Below, piece by piece: positions 27,515-45,220 of a DNA stretch of 64,000 nt (the stretch's first letter is position 1; the number at the start of each line of letters is the position of its first letter). The notes beneath the pieces were generated by a model that was given only the letters and a program-made list of their open reading frames with translations, did not search any database and was not told the origin of the DNA. The position numbers and the translations under genes are program-made. The stretch lies in assembly GCF_009914755.1 (NCBI RefSeq), contig NC_060931.1; one strand, 5' to 3'. The DNA comes from the human T2T-CHM13v2.0 reference genome, Homo sapiens.

Positions 27515-28564
27515 AGGTTTTCTTTTCTCACCAGCTGAATATGTGGTGTTTTTCCATACTGATTCTCCAACTCTCTGACACCAACTGGGTGTCCTGCAAT
27601 TCAACTGAATTACAAAACCAACTCCCAGCGTTAGCACAGACCCCACACATTGAGGGCTCAAAACTACCCCCACTTCAGATCCCAGGTGTCCTCATATACA
27701 TCTGACAGACTTTGAATCGGGGTTCCCAAAACCCCCTCCTTGGGCTCAGTAACTCACTAGAACAGCTCACAGAACTACTCAGGAAGTCACTTTACTTACT
27801 TCCTTTTTTTGAGACAAGGTCTCTCTCTGTCACTCAACTCCTGGTCTCAAGCGATCCTCCCTTGTCAGCCTCCTGAGTAGCTGGGACCTAAGGTGCTACC
27901 ATGCCTGGTTAATTTTATTTAAAATTATTTTTAATAGAGATGGGGTCTCACTGTGTTGCCTAGGCTGGTCTCAAACTCCTGGCCTCAAGCAGTCCTCCCA
28001 CTTTGGCCTCCCAAAGTGCTGGGACTACAGGTGTGAGTCACCAGGCCTGACCAGGAAGTCACTTTACTTTCTATGACCAATTTATTATAAAGGATACAAC
28101 TCAGGAATAGCGAAATTGAGGAGATGCATAGGGCAGGTGTGGGGGAGGGTGCAGTACTCCCAAGCTCTCTCCAGGCGCAAGGTGCCCCGTCCTCCCAGTA
28201 CCTCTGTGTGTCCAACACCCCGGAGGCTCTTCCAACCCCATTGCTGGAGGGTTTTCATGGAAGGTTCATTATAGAAGCATGACTGATTAAATCGTTGGTC
28301 CTAGGTGATTGAACTCAACCTTCAGGCCCCCTCCCCTCCCAGGAGACTGGGGAGTGGGGCTGAAAGTTCCAAGTTTCTAATCAAGGCTTGGTCTTTCTGG
28401 TGACCAGCACCCATCCTGAAGCTATCTAGGGGCCTGCCAAGAGTTGCCTTGTTAGAACAAAAGACTCCTATAACCCTTATCACTCATGAAATTCCATACG
28501 TTTTAGTAGCTCTGTGCCAGGAACTGGGCACAAAGACCAAACGTATCTTTCTCATTATACCACA
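27515..28564 (-). mobile_element. MER21B/C-type LTR
   Basis: gacaccaactgggtgtcctgcaattcaa..gcacagaccccac; ends aaagaccaaacgtatctttctcattataccaca. Confidence 0.8.
27803..28052 (-). mobile_element. AluJ-like, internally deleted, inside MER21
   Basis: TSD aggaagtcactttactt at 27781-27797 and 28053-28069. Confidence 0.88.
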
Positions 28565-28968
28565 GTTCCTTAGAAGCAAGTTGTCAAGTCCAGCCCACAG
28601 TCAAGCAGAGGGCAGTTAAGTTCCACTCTGCAGGGAAGAGTATCAAAGAATTCGTGGGCATATGTTAAAACCGCCACTGTACTTAATAAATATTCTGAGG
28701 GATATACTTTGAGGCAATGCAAATATCTGTTTTTCCTAAACTTTCAGCCACCCATTTTAGCATTCGGCAGTGGCTCTTGCTTACAGCATTTCTATCGTAA
28801 TGTTCTAACGGTGATTTTTCTCATTTCCCTCATTCTTCCTACATTTGTTTTTTGGAATTTTTCTGTAAAGGAAATCTGTCCCATCTCCCATTTATATATT
28901 CAATCATTTATTTATATCATTTTGGATATATGAATATTTATGTTATTCTCTGGGTTATAATCTTCTAT

Positions 28969-29046
28969 TTAGGTTGGTGCAAAAATAATGGTAGTTTTTG
29001 TCATTAACACTAATGCGAAACTGTAATTATTTTTGTACCAACCTAA
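28969..29046. mobile_element. MADE1 (Hsmar1-derived MITE)
   Basis: ttaggttggtgcaaaa...tttttgtaccaacctaa inverted termini, ~80 bp, followed by TA. Confidence 0.9.
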
Positions 29047-29708
29047 TAGATTTAATTTGTAGGTCAAATGGCTCCTACTGTGGCCTTGAGAGCTTTCTCC
29101 AGTTGGCCACTGTGTTTGTTTGACGTGCTCTTATCTTTTTCTTTTCTTGGCACTTACTCTGCACTGTGAGATCCTCCAGCCTTGTTCTGTGTGTCACCTG
29201 CACCCGCCCAGAGTCAGCCATTTCTTTAAGAACCCTGGTGCCTTTTATGGGGAAATAGGATTAGAAACCAAGACTGAAGCATGGAGTGTGCTTGTAGCCC
29301 CTGTGCTGTCACATCCTCTAGGCCTCTCAGTGGACCCAGCTAGGAAACAGGTATATGTATTCCAACCCATGTATACACACAAGTCTCTGTTCCTGTCTGT
29401 ATCCATCTGTATCTATTTAAAAATAACCGTGAGTTTCTACAAGTATTTCTGAGTCTAATCCAGTACCATGGGGTTCATTCTGTTTTCCTCCCTTGGTTAC
29501 TTGTAATTTATTTCTCTGACAGGGAGAAACCTGACTCGCATTATCCACAGTTTATTTAGGTGTTCAATGGTAGCATTTGTGTAAACTACCCTTAGGATTG
29601 CTGACGTGTATCCTGCGAGAAACAAATTTACCAACCAAAATACAGGCTTTACCTATGGCTCATTTTTCCTTTATCCTGCAATAATCAGTCAAATCACTGT
29701 TTCCCAAG

Positions 29709-31242
<1,534 letters not shown>

Positions 31243-31620
31243 CTGGCAACCACTGATCTGTTTCTGACTTTTCCGTTTTTGCCTTTCTCAGTAGGCAATA
31301 TCATTAGGATCATACGGCACGTAGCCATCTGGGTGTTTAACTTAGCAGAAAGCATTTAAGATCTATTTATGCTGTTGTGTGAATCAACAGTTCATTCCTT
31401 TTAACGCTGAGTAGTGAAGTATTTCATTGTCTGGAATGTATCACAATTTGTTGAACTCTTCATCTGTTGAAGAATGTTTTGGTTGTTGGGATGGTTATGA
31501 ATTAAGCTGCTATGAGCATTTGCCTACATGTAATTTTTTGGGAACTTACATTTTCAATTCACTTGAGTTAGATACGTAGGAGTGGGTCAGATAAGTATGT
31601 GTGTAATTTTTATGTAAAGA
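31243..31620 (-). mobile_element. Old L1 3'UTR relic
   Basis: cctggcaaccactgatctgtttct..atgaattaagctgctatgagcatt. Confidence 0.65.
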
Positions 31621-31880
31621 TTTGTAAATATTTTGTGAATCTGTAACAGAATGAGTAGCACTTTTTCCAGGTGAGCGTGTGGATTGCCAAGTTGCATAGA
31701 GCTTTTTAAGTTGACTGATTTTTTTCTAATTTCATTGAAAAATCCAGTAGTTTTTTTTTTATCAAGCCCCCCCTCCTTTTTTTTTTTTTTTTTTTTGCTC
31801 TTGCTGATGATCTATTTAGTTATTAGGTGGCAACTCATGTCAACAAGTGAATTCACATGCCATTTCATCTTTTCTTGCCT

Positions 31881-32198
<318 letters not shown>

Positions 32199-32709
32199 TC
32201 AGGAGTTTTGATACAAGTTTGATTAGAGAAAATATGCAAGTACTGCAGTGACTAAGTAGCAGATTATAGTTATGAAATCATGCAGGACAGGAACGCTGAG
32301 GTTAAATACAAACTGACAACAAAAATCATAAGAATAATATGTAAAAGCAAGTATGAAGCCTTTGTATTTGCTTGCGACTTGCAGTTTGAATAGCAAAATG
32401 ATCTTTCACATCAGGCTCAGTGTGTTAAATCCAGCCTTAGGCAAGAATAAGCAAATATTGTTTCCATATGACAAGCCTTTAGCTGCTAGTGAAATGCTTT
32501 CTTTGTAGTGAACTGTAGGCACAAACTATCAGCAGATGACTGTGTATCTGAGCATATCTTTAACCACAGTTAGCTACAAATTATTTATAGAGGTTAAATA
32601 AATGTTTACACTGAATGATTCAGGAATGAGCACATAACAGCGGTTTGGGGGATTATATTTCTGCTATTGAAATCTAAATACTCCTACAACAATCCTTTCA
32701 GCTTAGATC

Positions 32710-33430
32710 CGTGGTTTCTAGTTGAGGAAGCAGTACCTCCTATGGGACATTCTGGGTCTCCTATGGGACGTACTGGGTGTTCTGTGGGCATTTTTGGTGG
32801 TCCTGATGATGGCATTTGTGGAGAGGACAGAAAACAGACTGCACCTGCTGCAGCGCTTGGATAGTCCTGCAGGATGAAGGGCGGCTCTGCGCCCTCATAG
32901 ATCTCCTGCACGACCCTCTAGATGTTTACGTAGGTAAAAGCAAAAAACAACAACAAAAAACTAGTACTTCATTTTTCTTAAACATGCATGGTATTTTTGT
33001 GGTATTTTTAACTTTCACCGATACTTGCTGCAAATGCAATTACTGAGTAAATTGAGGGAAAATTGTGCTTTGGTTGGTTGGGTACTTTTAGCGATAGCCA
33101 TTCTCCATTTCAGCAATGCCCTTGTGGTGTTTGAGCGGCCAGTGCAACACCTGTGAATCAGTCTTCATTTGTAGCTGTGGCATGCAAATATTTAACAGAG
33201 GGGATGTAACATTCACTGTAATAGACTTAAAACCAAATATGTTTTAATTAGATGAAGACCATGAAGTGTGAAGAGACCACTGACTTTTACTAATAGTTTT
33301 TAAAAAATCACTGTCATTTATGTAGTTTTTGTTTCCGTAGTATGACAGTATGAATATGTTATAAAATCACACATTTAAATGATTGATTTTTGAGGTTGCC
33401 TACAGGTTTTTAGTCTTATGCTGATGTGTG
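32710..33430. mobile_element. MER20B-like hAT relic
   Basis: gtggtttctagttgagg..ggcatttttggtggtc..gatgtttacgtaggtaaaag; right boundary uncertain. Confidence 0.45.
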
Positions 33431-34919
33431 CACAAGTCTACAACATAACTGTGTTCTAGCCTCCTGGTTCTTTCCCTCTTAAGCATCAGAGACTGGATCT
33501 TTTGCTTGGCACGTGATAGGAATTCAAGATAGGAGAGTAATTTTCTGGGATCCTTTTTCAGTACCCTATCCTGTGTCAACATAGGACATTATTTTGACAC
33601 TTCACTTAAAAATAAGCCTCCTTATTCCTGAGAAAGCCATAAATTTCTTTTTCTTTAATAATGAGTAATTTGTCTTGGATAAACTGTCTTTAATAAATTT
33701 TTTTGTCTTGTCATTTACAAATAAGCATAGTCTTATTTTTTCTAATCTTAGTACTTTTGATTGTTTAATATTTCAGTTTTTAAAATCAAGGCATAACTTA
33801 CATGTAGCAAAATACAGAAGTCTTAAGCATACAACTCGATCATTTTTTTCAACATTTTATTATAAACATTTTCATACGTACAGAAAAGCCAAAAGAATTG
33901 TAAAGTGAACATCCATATACTCACCACCTAGATTCTGCAACGAACATTTTGCTATATTTACTTCATCGCATCTATACATCTTCATGTCCCTCCATTCTTC
34001 CACCAGTCCATCTTATTTGATACATTTCAAAGCTGCAGGCATCAGTACACGTTGCCCCTAAACACTTCACCATGCATATCATTAGAGTTTCATGTGTTTA
34101 CTTGTTAAGCTAAAATTTGCACACAATAAAATGGATAAATATTAAACATAAAATATTGAACATAAAACACATATTTTTATTATTCCTTTCACATGAGATT
34201 CATAGATGCCAGAATAACAGTTACCTTTTTAGGGGTGGTGGTAAGAATGCAAATATTTTATATCTCTATCTAGGTGGTGTTTTCATGAGTGTATAGTTTA
34301 AAATTCATTCATGACATATTCATACATTAGAATAGTATTTACTGATAATAAGCAACAAACTAACATATAAATGCTCCTCACATGATTTTACGAATGTATG
34401 CATCCGTGTCCTATAAGTCCATTAAGGTATGAAATATCACTGCCACTGTTACCTCAGACAGTTCTCTCATGCCCCTTCCCAGTCAAACCTAACCCTAACC
34501 CAAAAGGAAACCACAATTTTGAAAATTTTTGCCATAGAAAATACAGCCTTGGTATGGGGATTTGTGGATGGTCTGGAAACCCTTCAGGGGACCCTGGGGG
34601 TCAAAGCTATGAGTAGTATTGTTATAATACTCGTATTTTTATAATTCTACTTTGGCATTTTCCCTTTTCTATCTCATTCTGTTGTGAATGGGGATTTTCA
34701 GATGCTACAGTAATTTCTTGCATTGTAATATTTTTGCTCCTAGGTTCTGTATTTAAGGGAGATTGATGAGCTGAGGAAAGAATGAATGCTTTAAAACTTG
34801 ATCTAAGGCGGTATTCTCCATCCTACTGGACAAAATACCCCCCTTTTTTACAACAAATATTTAATCATGGCCCTATTATTCTCCTGCGATGCAATTCATA
34901 GATTAAAATAACCATCCTA

Positions 34920-35223
34920 GGCCGGGCACAGTGACTCATGCCTGTAATCCCAACACTTTGGGAGGCCGAGGCGGGTGGATCACCTGAGCTCAGGAGTTCG
35001 AGACCAGCCTGACCAACATGGTGAAATCCCGCCTCTACTAATAATACAAAAATTAGCTGGGCATGGTGGCCCTTGTAATCCCAGCTAATTGGGAGGCTGA
35101 GGCAAGAGAATTGCTGGAATCCGAGAAGCAGAGGTTGCAGCGAGCAGGGATTGCGCCACCGCACTCTAGCCTGGGCGACAGAGTGAGACTCTGTCTCAAA
35201 AAATAAAAAAATCTAAAAAAAAA
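34920..35223 (+). mobile_element. AluS (Sx/Sq-like)
   Basis: Full Alu; TSD aaataa(c/t)catccta. Confidence 0.93.
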
Positions 35224-36904
35224 TAATCATCCTAAACATACAATTTAAAAAAAATCAATATAATATTCTAGCTTTGATATAAAGGAGACATAAAAGTAAT
35301 TCATAATGAATATGTATTTTAATATGTAAATTGAATTCAGAAACAGATAGGAAAATCCAGCTGTCTTTTATTAAGCTAAACATTAAAGGCATTTTTAAAA
35401 ATAAAAAGTGCCATACTTTTACTTTGTTTTGGAAAGTATTATTTTTCATAAAACATGTTATATAGTCTAATATGTAAGGTTTATTGTCATTTTTAATGAA
35501 TTATGAATCTCAAGTATCTCAGTATAAAATGTAATATGGTAAGTGTACATATATAACAACATAAAACAAAACTTTTTGGTTTTCTTTTAATAATTATAGT
35601 TTTTAAACTGTATAAGGATACTGAGAGCAAAAAATTTGAGAATCACTGGTTTAGCTTGTACTAGAACAATATAAGTGAATTATATAGTGTGTGGCTTTAA
35701 AAAAAAATCTAGTGCTTATTTTACTCAGGATAATGTTTCTGAGATGCATCCATATATTAGTAGTTTGTTCCTTATTATCAATAAACAGTATTCCATTGTA
35801 TGAATATACCACCAATGAATTTTAAAATATATGCCCATGAAAATACCATCCAGATAGGGAAATACAGTATTTGCATCCTTACCACCTTGCCCCTAAAGGT
35901 GACTGTTATTCTCCATCTAAGAATCTCACATGCAAGGAAACAGAGTTTGTTCTTTTATGTCTGACTTCCTTGGCTCAACGTTATGCTTGTAAGATTCACC
36001 TGCGCTGTGGTGAATGGTTTGTTTTCTTTCCTTTTAACGCTAGTTCTCGTTGTAGTGTCCACCTGTATCTGTGCTCTTTTGTTCTCCTGTATTTTCACAT
36101 GGAATAGCTTTTAATCTTCTACTATTTCTACATCCAGACATACTCATTATACGAAGGTGGAAGTATCTAACAACTTCATTATGCTTTCAGTGTAGTCAGC
36201 CATCAGAATTTACATATTGAAATGCAAAGTCATTATGAATTGCCTTCTTTGGTTTCTCCTTTACATCACTGTTAGGGCATTATATTGATTTTTTTTAAAA
36301 ATTCTATGTAAAAGGCTGGCTGTTTTATCTGGATTCTATTTCAGGGGATTAAAGGAGGCATTATTAAATATTAGCTGTTAAAAAGCAAGGGAATATTGAG
36401 TCCAGCAGGATTCAGACTACCTCCTTAGATCATGTTTTAGAGTATTTATTCCCTTCTGATGTCACCATCCTCCATGAGATACAGAACCTAGGAGCAATAA
36501 CATTGTAATACAAAGAATTGATCACTTGCTTCACAAGAACATGCTTTTAATAAGTGTATCATTTATTTTACAAATGGCGTTTTCCCAAGAGATGACATTT
36601 CTGGCCGGTTGACCAAAATTTTTGGTGATGAGTAGAAACTTCATGTTTGAGGATTGACATCTTGAATTTTTTGTGCAAAATTTGAATATTAATTTATAGA
36701 GGACATTATTCTTATCTCCACAGTATCTCATTTGCATTAGTTAATATTAAATAAGTAAAGTAGTTGTCCATTTTTCTCAGTCTTAACACTTTCTAAATTC
36801 ATGCCTCAAGAAGTTCTTTTATTCCAAGAAAATGATCCAAACGTTATTAATTGCAAAGTGTACTCACTTATTTTTCACTTCGGGGAAAAAAGCAGAATGA
36901 TAAC

Positions 36905-37125
36905 TAAAAATGAGGTCTCTGAAGTTAGACTACCTTGATTTTTAATCCAGCTCCCCTACACCAGTCACTTCCTTGTATGCCTCAGTTTTCTTATCTAGCA
37001 AATGGGGTAATTGTACCTACTTAATACTACTAAGTGTACCTGGTTAATATGGTTTTTGTAGTTATTAGAGGGAATAATATAACGTGAGATACTTAGAGCA
37101 GTACTTTTAGTAAGGATTTAGTAAA
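36905..37125 (+). mobile_element. MIR
   Basis: tgcctcagttttcttatctagcaaatggggtaat core. Confidence 0.7.
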
Positions 37126-38039
37126 TAAGCTTTAGTAAGGACATGCAAGATCTGTAAAGAATAGCTTTTGGTTATTATGGGCTATTATGACTTCAGAAAT
37201 AATAAATATAAAGCTAATATTAATACTAGCTGTTACAACTTTAGAAATAGGAACAAATGATGAGATTAGGGCTTGTTCCTTTGAATTTTTTGGAATTAGT
37301 TTTCTTAGCAGTCAACAAGTATATATGGACTATTAGATGTGGATACTTTGGAATTAAAGATATAAATGAGTAATTAATACTCCTTAGAGTGAGCTCATGG
37401 CATTGTCACTTTAACAATATGCCCAAAAGTGGTTCTATTTAAATTCCACACAAGAGAAGTAGCAATGTTATATAGAGCATTGGGTTTTCGTAGCTATTTG
37501 GATTTGGAAATTAGGAGCATATTAGTAATCTTAGTAGGACAAGCCAGAGGAATGAAGAGCTAGGAAGGAAGTAGGGATTGTGTATCCAGCTGGGAGAAGT
37601 TTGAATGAGCATGGAATAGAATGGGCATCTTGGAGGAGATCCTTCTCTAAGGCATCTAGAGGAGAAGGCAGTGAACTTCACACACTGGAGGGCTGACTCC
37701 TGGAGGTGACTATGGAGGGAGGGGTGGGCCCTCAGGTAGAGTCAGAAGACCACTCGTGGCTGCAGAGGGACACTTGGACTCTGGGACTGCCTTTGGTGAG
37801 TTGACCCAGGGACTAAGGGGAGAAAGTTTGAAATTGTGTCTAAGGGGATTGAGCAAAGCAGCCTGGGAATGTGTAAAAAAGAACACACAAATAAACAAAA
37901 AAGTGCCGAGTGGTCCTGAAAGCCCACGGGATGAGACAGTTTACAGTGTGAGAACATGGTAAGGCTTTTAAAAAAATTGTTTTTTCTCTTTCATATTTTT
38001 CTTGTAATTGCTTATTTTAACACAAAATGAAATTCATGA

Positions 38040-38210
38040 TAGCTAACACTTACATAGGCTTACTCTATGCCAGGCACTGATCTGGTGTAAATACTTTACA
38101 TGTGCCAGCTCATTCCATTCTCCCACTAATTTTCAGAGCTAGGTAATATCCTTCTCATCACTTTACAGATGAAGAAACAGAAGCACTGAGACATGAGGTA
38201 ATGTAGTTAG
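38040..38210 (-). mobile_element. MIR
   Basis: ctatgccaggcactg..tttacagatgaagaaacagaagcac. Confidence 0.75.
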
Positions 38211-39694
38211 GAGGGGAAAATAGAATCTGAACCCAGGCTGTCTGAATCCCAAGTCTGTGTTCTTAATTATCTAATGATGGTATTTTGCCTCAAAAAACAA
38301 ACAAACAAAAAACAACTTAGGAATCATTTGGAAGGAAACAAAAAAAATAGCACAACAAAGTATTATGCAGGTCATTGATTATCATAAAATGACTGTCTCC
38401 CAAAGCAAGGAGAGATGATTATTGAACACTTACTTTGAGCCAGTTACTATCTTAAGCCATTTACTTTACCATCCCCATTTTAATCCTCATAACTCTAATA
38501 CGTAGGTGCTGTTACTTTCATCCCTGTTCACACATGTGGAAAGCAGCAGGGCATTAATCTTTCTAAGGCCACACAGCCAATAAGAGGCAAAAGCATGGCA
38601 CAATCCCAGGCTCTTGATTGTCTTAGGGATGGTCATTAACGTGCCATTTATTATTCTGGTTGGTAGTTTAGCAACCAGCTTTCTAATTGCATTTACTATT
38701 CTCTTTAAAGCAGCGTTGAATATAATAGACTGCAACCATACTTCTCCTCTACCACCTAAGTTGCAACAGAAAAACTGTTGCTTTGAAGGATGTGCAAGAG
38801 CATAGACATGGCCCGCATAAAGCAGAGTGTGAAGGTCCCCAAAACTCAAGGACAGTATTGTCATGGATAAATACAGCCGATTGAGCATGCTGATGAAATG
38901 TTGCATTATCATCTTGAACCTTAAACTTTAAGGAAAATAAATAAAAATCAGTAACTTCAAAGAGCATTTCATTAAATAGACAAGTCTTTATTATTAAGCC
39001 CTCAGCATTTCTCAGCTCAGCAGCAGTTCCTGAGACTGTGTCTGATAATCTGAATGGATAGTGCAGGCATGTGCTTTACATTTGGAATGTCTTAGAATTG
39101 CTTCTTGGAAGCTCCAGTGCCACCAGCTGACTGGAATAAATTACACGCCTAGTCTCACATATTGTCAGAAGTTTTCACGTGTGCATCGGGTACAGCCTAA
39201 AGGTTTGGCACAGAGCTGTAGGTACACGTTTATGCTCAACACTGAGAAATTGACCAGAAATAGTCACCAATGCTTCACACTTTCTGAAACTCCCACGTGT
39301 ATTCCTCTGAAGTCCCTTTCTCATTCTACCCTCTCCATGACCCAAATTGTCATTTTCCATTCAGTTTTCCTTCCCCACTCCTTTAGATCCTGTTTGGTAG
39401 ACTTGCCGTAGGAACACAGAACAAAATGAAACATTTTCTTATGAATATTCGTAAATTTCTGATGGTCTTGCCCTGTTAAGACCAAAATCTATAGGTGTGC
39501 CGGGTGACATCTGTAAAATGGTTGTAATTATGCCACGTTCTCTTGGTGCCCTAAAACCTTTGTTGAATTTTTTACAGTAGAGCTTTTTAAATAAGACTTT
39601 TTATTTGGAAACAATTATTGAATTGCATGCACTTTTAAGAAGTAATACAGAGAGATCCCATGGACCCCTTTACCTAGTTTCCCACAATGGTGAT

Positions 39695-40125
39695 TGTCTT
39701 TGTCCATTTCCTGTTGCTTAGAATACCTGAAGCTGGGTAATGTATGAAGAAAAAGAATGTATTTCTTAACAGCTGTGGAGGCTGAAAGGTCCAAGATCAA
39801 GGGTCTGCATTTGGTTAGAGCCCTTTTGTTGGTGGGGACTCTCTTCAGAGTCCTGAGGTGTAGTACAGGGCAGTATATAGTGAGGGGGACTGAGCCTGGA
39901 ACCTCAGGTCTCTCTTCTTACAAAGCCACAAGTCCCACTCCTATGATAACCCTTTAATCCATCCACTCATTAATATATTAATCCATGGATAGATTAATCC
40001 ACTCATGAGGTCAGAGTCCTTATGATCCAATTGCCCCTAAGCTCCCATCTCTCAATACTATCACATTGGGTATTAATTAAATTTCAATATGACTTTCGGA
40101 GGGGGCACATATTCAAGCCATAGCG
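39695..40125 (-). mobile_element. MST-type (MSTC/D-like) MaLR solo LTR
   Basis: tgtctttgtccattt..ctgggtaat..aggtccaagatcaagg..cattggg..attcaagccatagc; 5-bp TSD gtga(t/c). Confidence 0.85.
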
Positions 40126-40190
40126 GTGACATCTTGCAGAATTGCACTGGAATATCAGGACCAGGATATGGACATTGATAAAATCTACCA

Positions 40191-40415
40191 TGTCAGTGGG
40201 ACTCCTGTTCAACTCAGATGAGGGATGAGCCTGCCTGGACTGCCTTCTATGGTAGGTTAGGGGTTAGGAGTTACCAGGCCTGGCTTACTTTCTGCTGTTG
40301 GTGAGGGAAGGAAGGTAACGTTCTTTGTTGCGATCTTCCTCCAGTCCTGGGGTCCCTAGCCAGTTTTCCTGCTTGTTCACAATAGGTACTAATTGATGCT
40401 CAGCTGAAAGTCAAA
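40191..40415 (+). repeat. Dispersed copy of 41294-41489 joined to 41562-41589
   Basis: 10 mismatches in ~196 bp counted by eye, then 28 identical bp. Confidence 0.95.
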
Positions 40416-40448
40416 CACTCAGATTTTCTCAGTGTTATTTGTACTTAT

Positions 40449-40453
<5 letters not shown>

Positions 40454-40487
<34 letters not shown>
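40454..40487. repeat. (TG)n microsatellite
   Basis: Direct reading. Confidence 0.95.
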
Positions 40488-40489
<2 letters not shown>

Positions 40490-41489
40490 TTACGGCTATG
40501 TAATTTTACCACATGTGTAAGTTCACATATCCCTACTACAGTCTCCATTCATGGAGAATAGGTTACTGGTTATGAGGAGTGAGGGAGATGAGACAGGGCC
40601 GAAAGTGGTGAATGTATTTATAAAAGGGCAACAGAAGGGATCCTTGCGGTGATGGAACTGTTCTGTATCTGGACTGTATCCGTTTCTATAATTATGTCAT
40701 TTCAAGAATATTCTCTAAATGGAGTCATACAATATGTAACCATTTGAGATTATTTTTCCCTCTCAGTGTAATTCCCTTAAAGTCCATACAAATGGCTATA
40801 CGTATTAATAACTCATTCATTTGTATTGCTAAGTAATGGGTCATGGTATGGATGTACCACAGTTTGTTTCGCCATTCACCTATTGAAGGACACCTGGGAT
40901 ATTTACAGTTTTGGGCTTCTGTGAACATTCATGCACAGGTTTTTACATAAACATAAGTTTTCATTTATCTGAGATAAAAATCTCAGAGTATAGTTGCTGC
41001 GTTGTGTGGTAGCTATATGTTTAGTTTCCTAAGAAATTGTAAAATTGCTTTCCAGAGTGCCTGTAGCATTTTACATTCTCACCAGCAACGTCTGAGTGGA
41101 GTAGAGAGGCTTCCCAGCCTGGGCACTTGTTGTGGAGAGATTCCCCCTTGCTGTGGCTGCCCAGCTGCCTTGTGTGTGTTGGTGAGAAAGGAGTCTCATG
41201 TCTAGTGGGGAAGGAACATCCTTCTGTCTCCTGATTCTCAGTGGGCTGCCAGTTGGTTGATCCCTTGCCTGTGCTGCCAGGCTTACCTTCTGTTGTCAGT
41301 GGGACTCCTGTTCAGCTCAGGTAAGGGATGAGCCTGCCTGGACTGCCTTCTATGATAGGTTAGGGGTTAGGAGTTACGAGGCCTGGCTTAGTTTCTTCTG
41401 TTGGTGAGGGAAGGAAGGTAACATTCTTTGTTGCCATCTTCCTCCAGTCCTGGGGTCCCTAGCCAGTTTTCCTGCTTATTCACAATAGG

Positions 41490-41985
41490 CAGGTATTGTT
41501 GCTCATGAGCCTCTGAATTGGCTGGGTGTTTTTTCTGGTCTTGGCTTTGTTTGTCCCTTGCACTAATTGATGCTCAGCTGAAAGTCAAATAGGTGGCTCT
41601 GCTGATCTGGACTGAGCTGCCTCACATGTTTGGAGATCAACTGGCTATGGGCTCATCTAGCATGGCCTCAGCTTGCACAGTCATGCTCTTCTCTCTGTGG
41701 TCTCTGATTCTTCAGCAAGCCCACCTGGGCTTGTGCACATGATGGTTGCAGGGATCCAGGATAGTGTGGAAGTGCACAAGCCCTCTTGGAATTGGAGCTT
41801 GGAGTTGGCAAGCCATCACCTCACTTGCGTCGAGTGAACCAAAGCAAGTCACAGGATCAGCCCAGAGTCAAGAGGAGAGGAAAGGACGTGCTTCCTGAAG
41901 GCAGGAATTTCACATTCATATTGCAAAGAGCAGAGGTACAGGGGAGCATAAAGAATCGAGGCCGTTTTTATAATAAACTTAACTC
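41490..41985 (-). mobile_element. MLT1 (F/G/H-like) LTR relic
   Basis: ctcacatgtttgg..ggcctcagct..aagcaagtcacaggatcagcccagagtcaag..catattgcaaag. Confidence 0.65.
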
Positions 41986-42247
41986 ACCCTCATTGTTGTG
42001 CATATGTATGACTGAGTTCATCTCTTGGGGTTCTGAATACCTTTAACCTGTCTGTACTTTGGTTACAGGGACTGACATCTGAGTCATTTCTCTTTGATTC
42101 ATAGGATGGATTTAATTTTTGAAGCCATCCATCATGGAAAGAATATGCTTTGTCTTCTCAGAAATTGTTATTTTTTTCCAGATTATTTCTTGACATGTTT
42201 CTGCATTTTTCAAATGTCCTTTTAAAAGTATGTAGCTTTGTTTTCCA

Positions 42248-45220
<2,973 letters not shown>

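Larger units (their letters stand above)
27075..29700 (-). mobile_element. L1MC4/5-type 3' region, interrupted by MER21, Alu and MADE1
   Basis: ttgacccttttgaagagtcc, gactggggttatggattttggggaagaat, ttagaaaccaagactga. Confidence 0.7.
39595..41095 (-). mobile_element. L1MC-type 3'UTR/ORF2 end, interrupted by an MST LTR, a templated insertion and an inversion
   Basis: aatacagagagatcccatggacccctttacctagtttcccacaatgg; ggatgtaccacagtttgtt..cattcacctattgaagga. Confidence 0.8.

Noticed and set aside
34540-35648. Possible hAT-Charlie relic around the Alu at 34920
   Set aside because: Resemblance noted (terminal tttgagaatcactg) but boundaries and family could not be supported by eye.
41490-41561. Segment missing from the duplicate copy as a spliced intron
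   Set aside because: It has cag|gtatt but ends in cac rather than cag, and the observed junction does not match that splice product; GCA microhomology explains it better.
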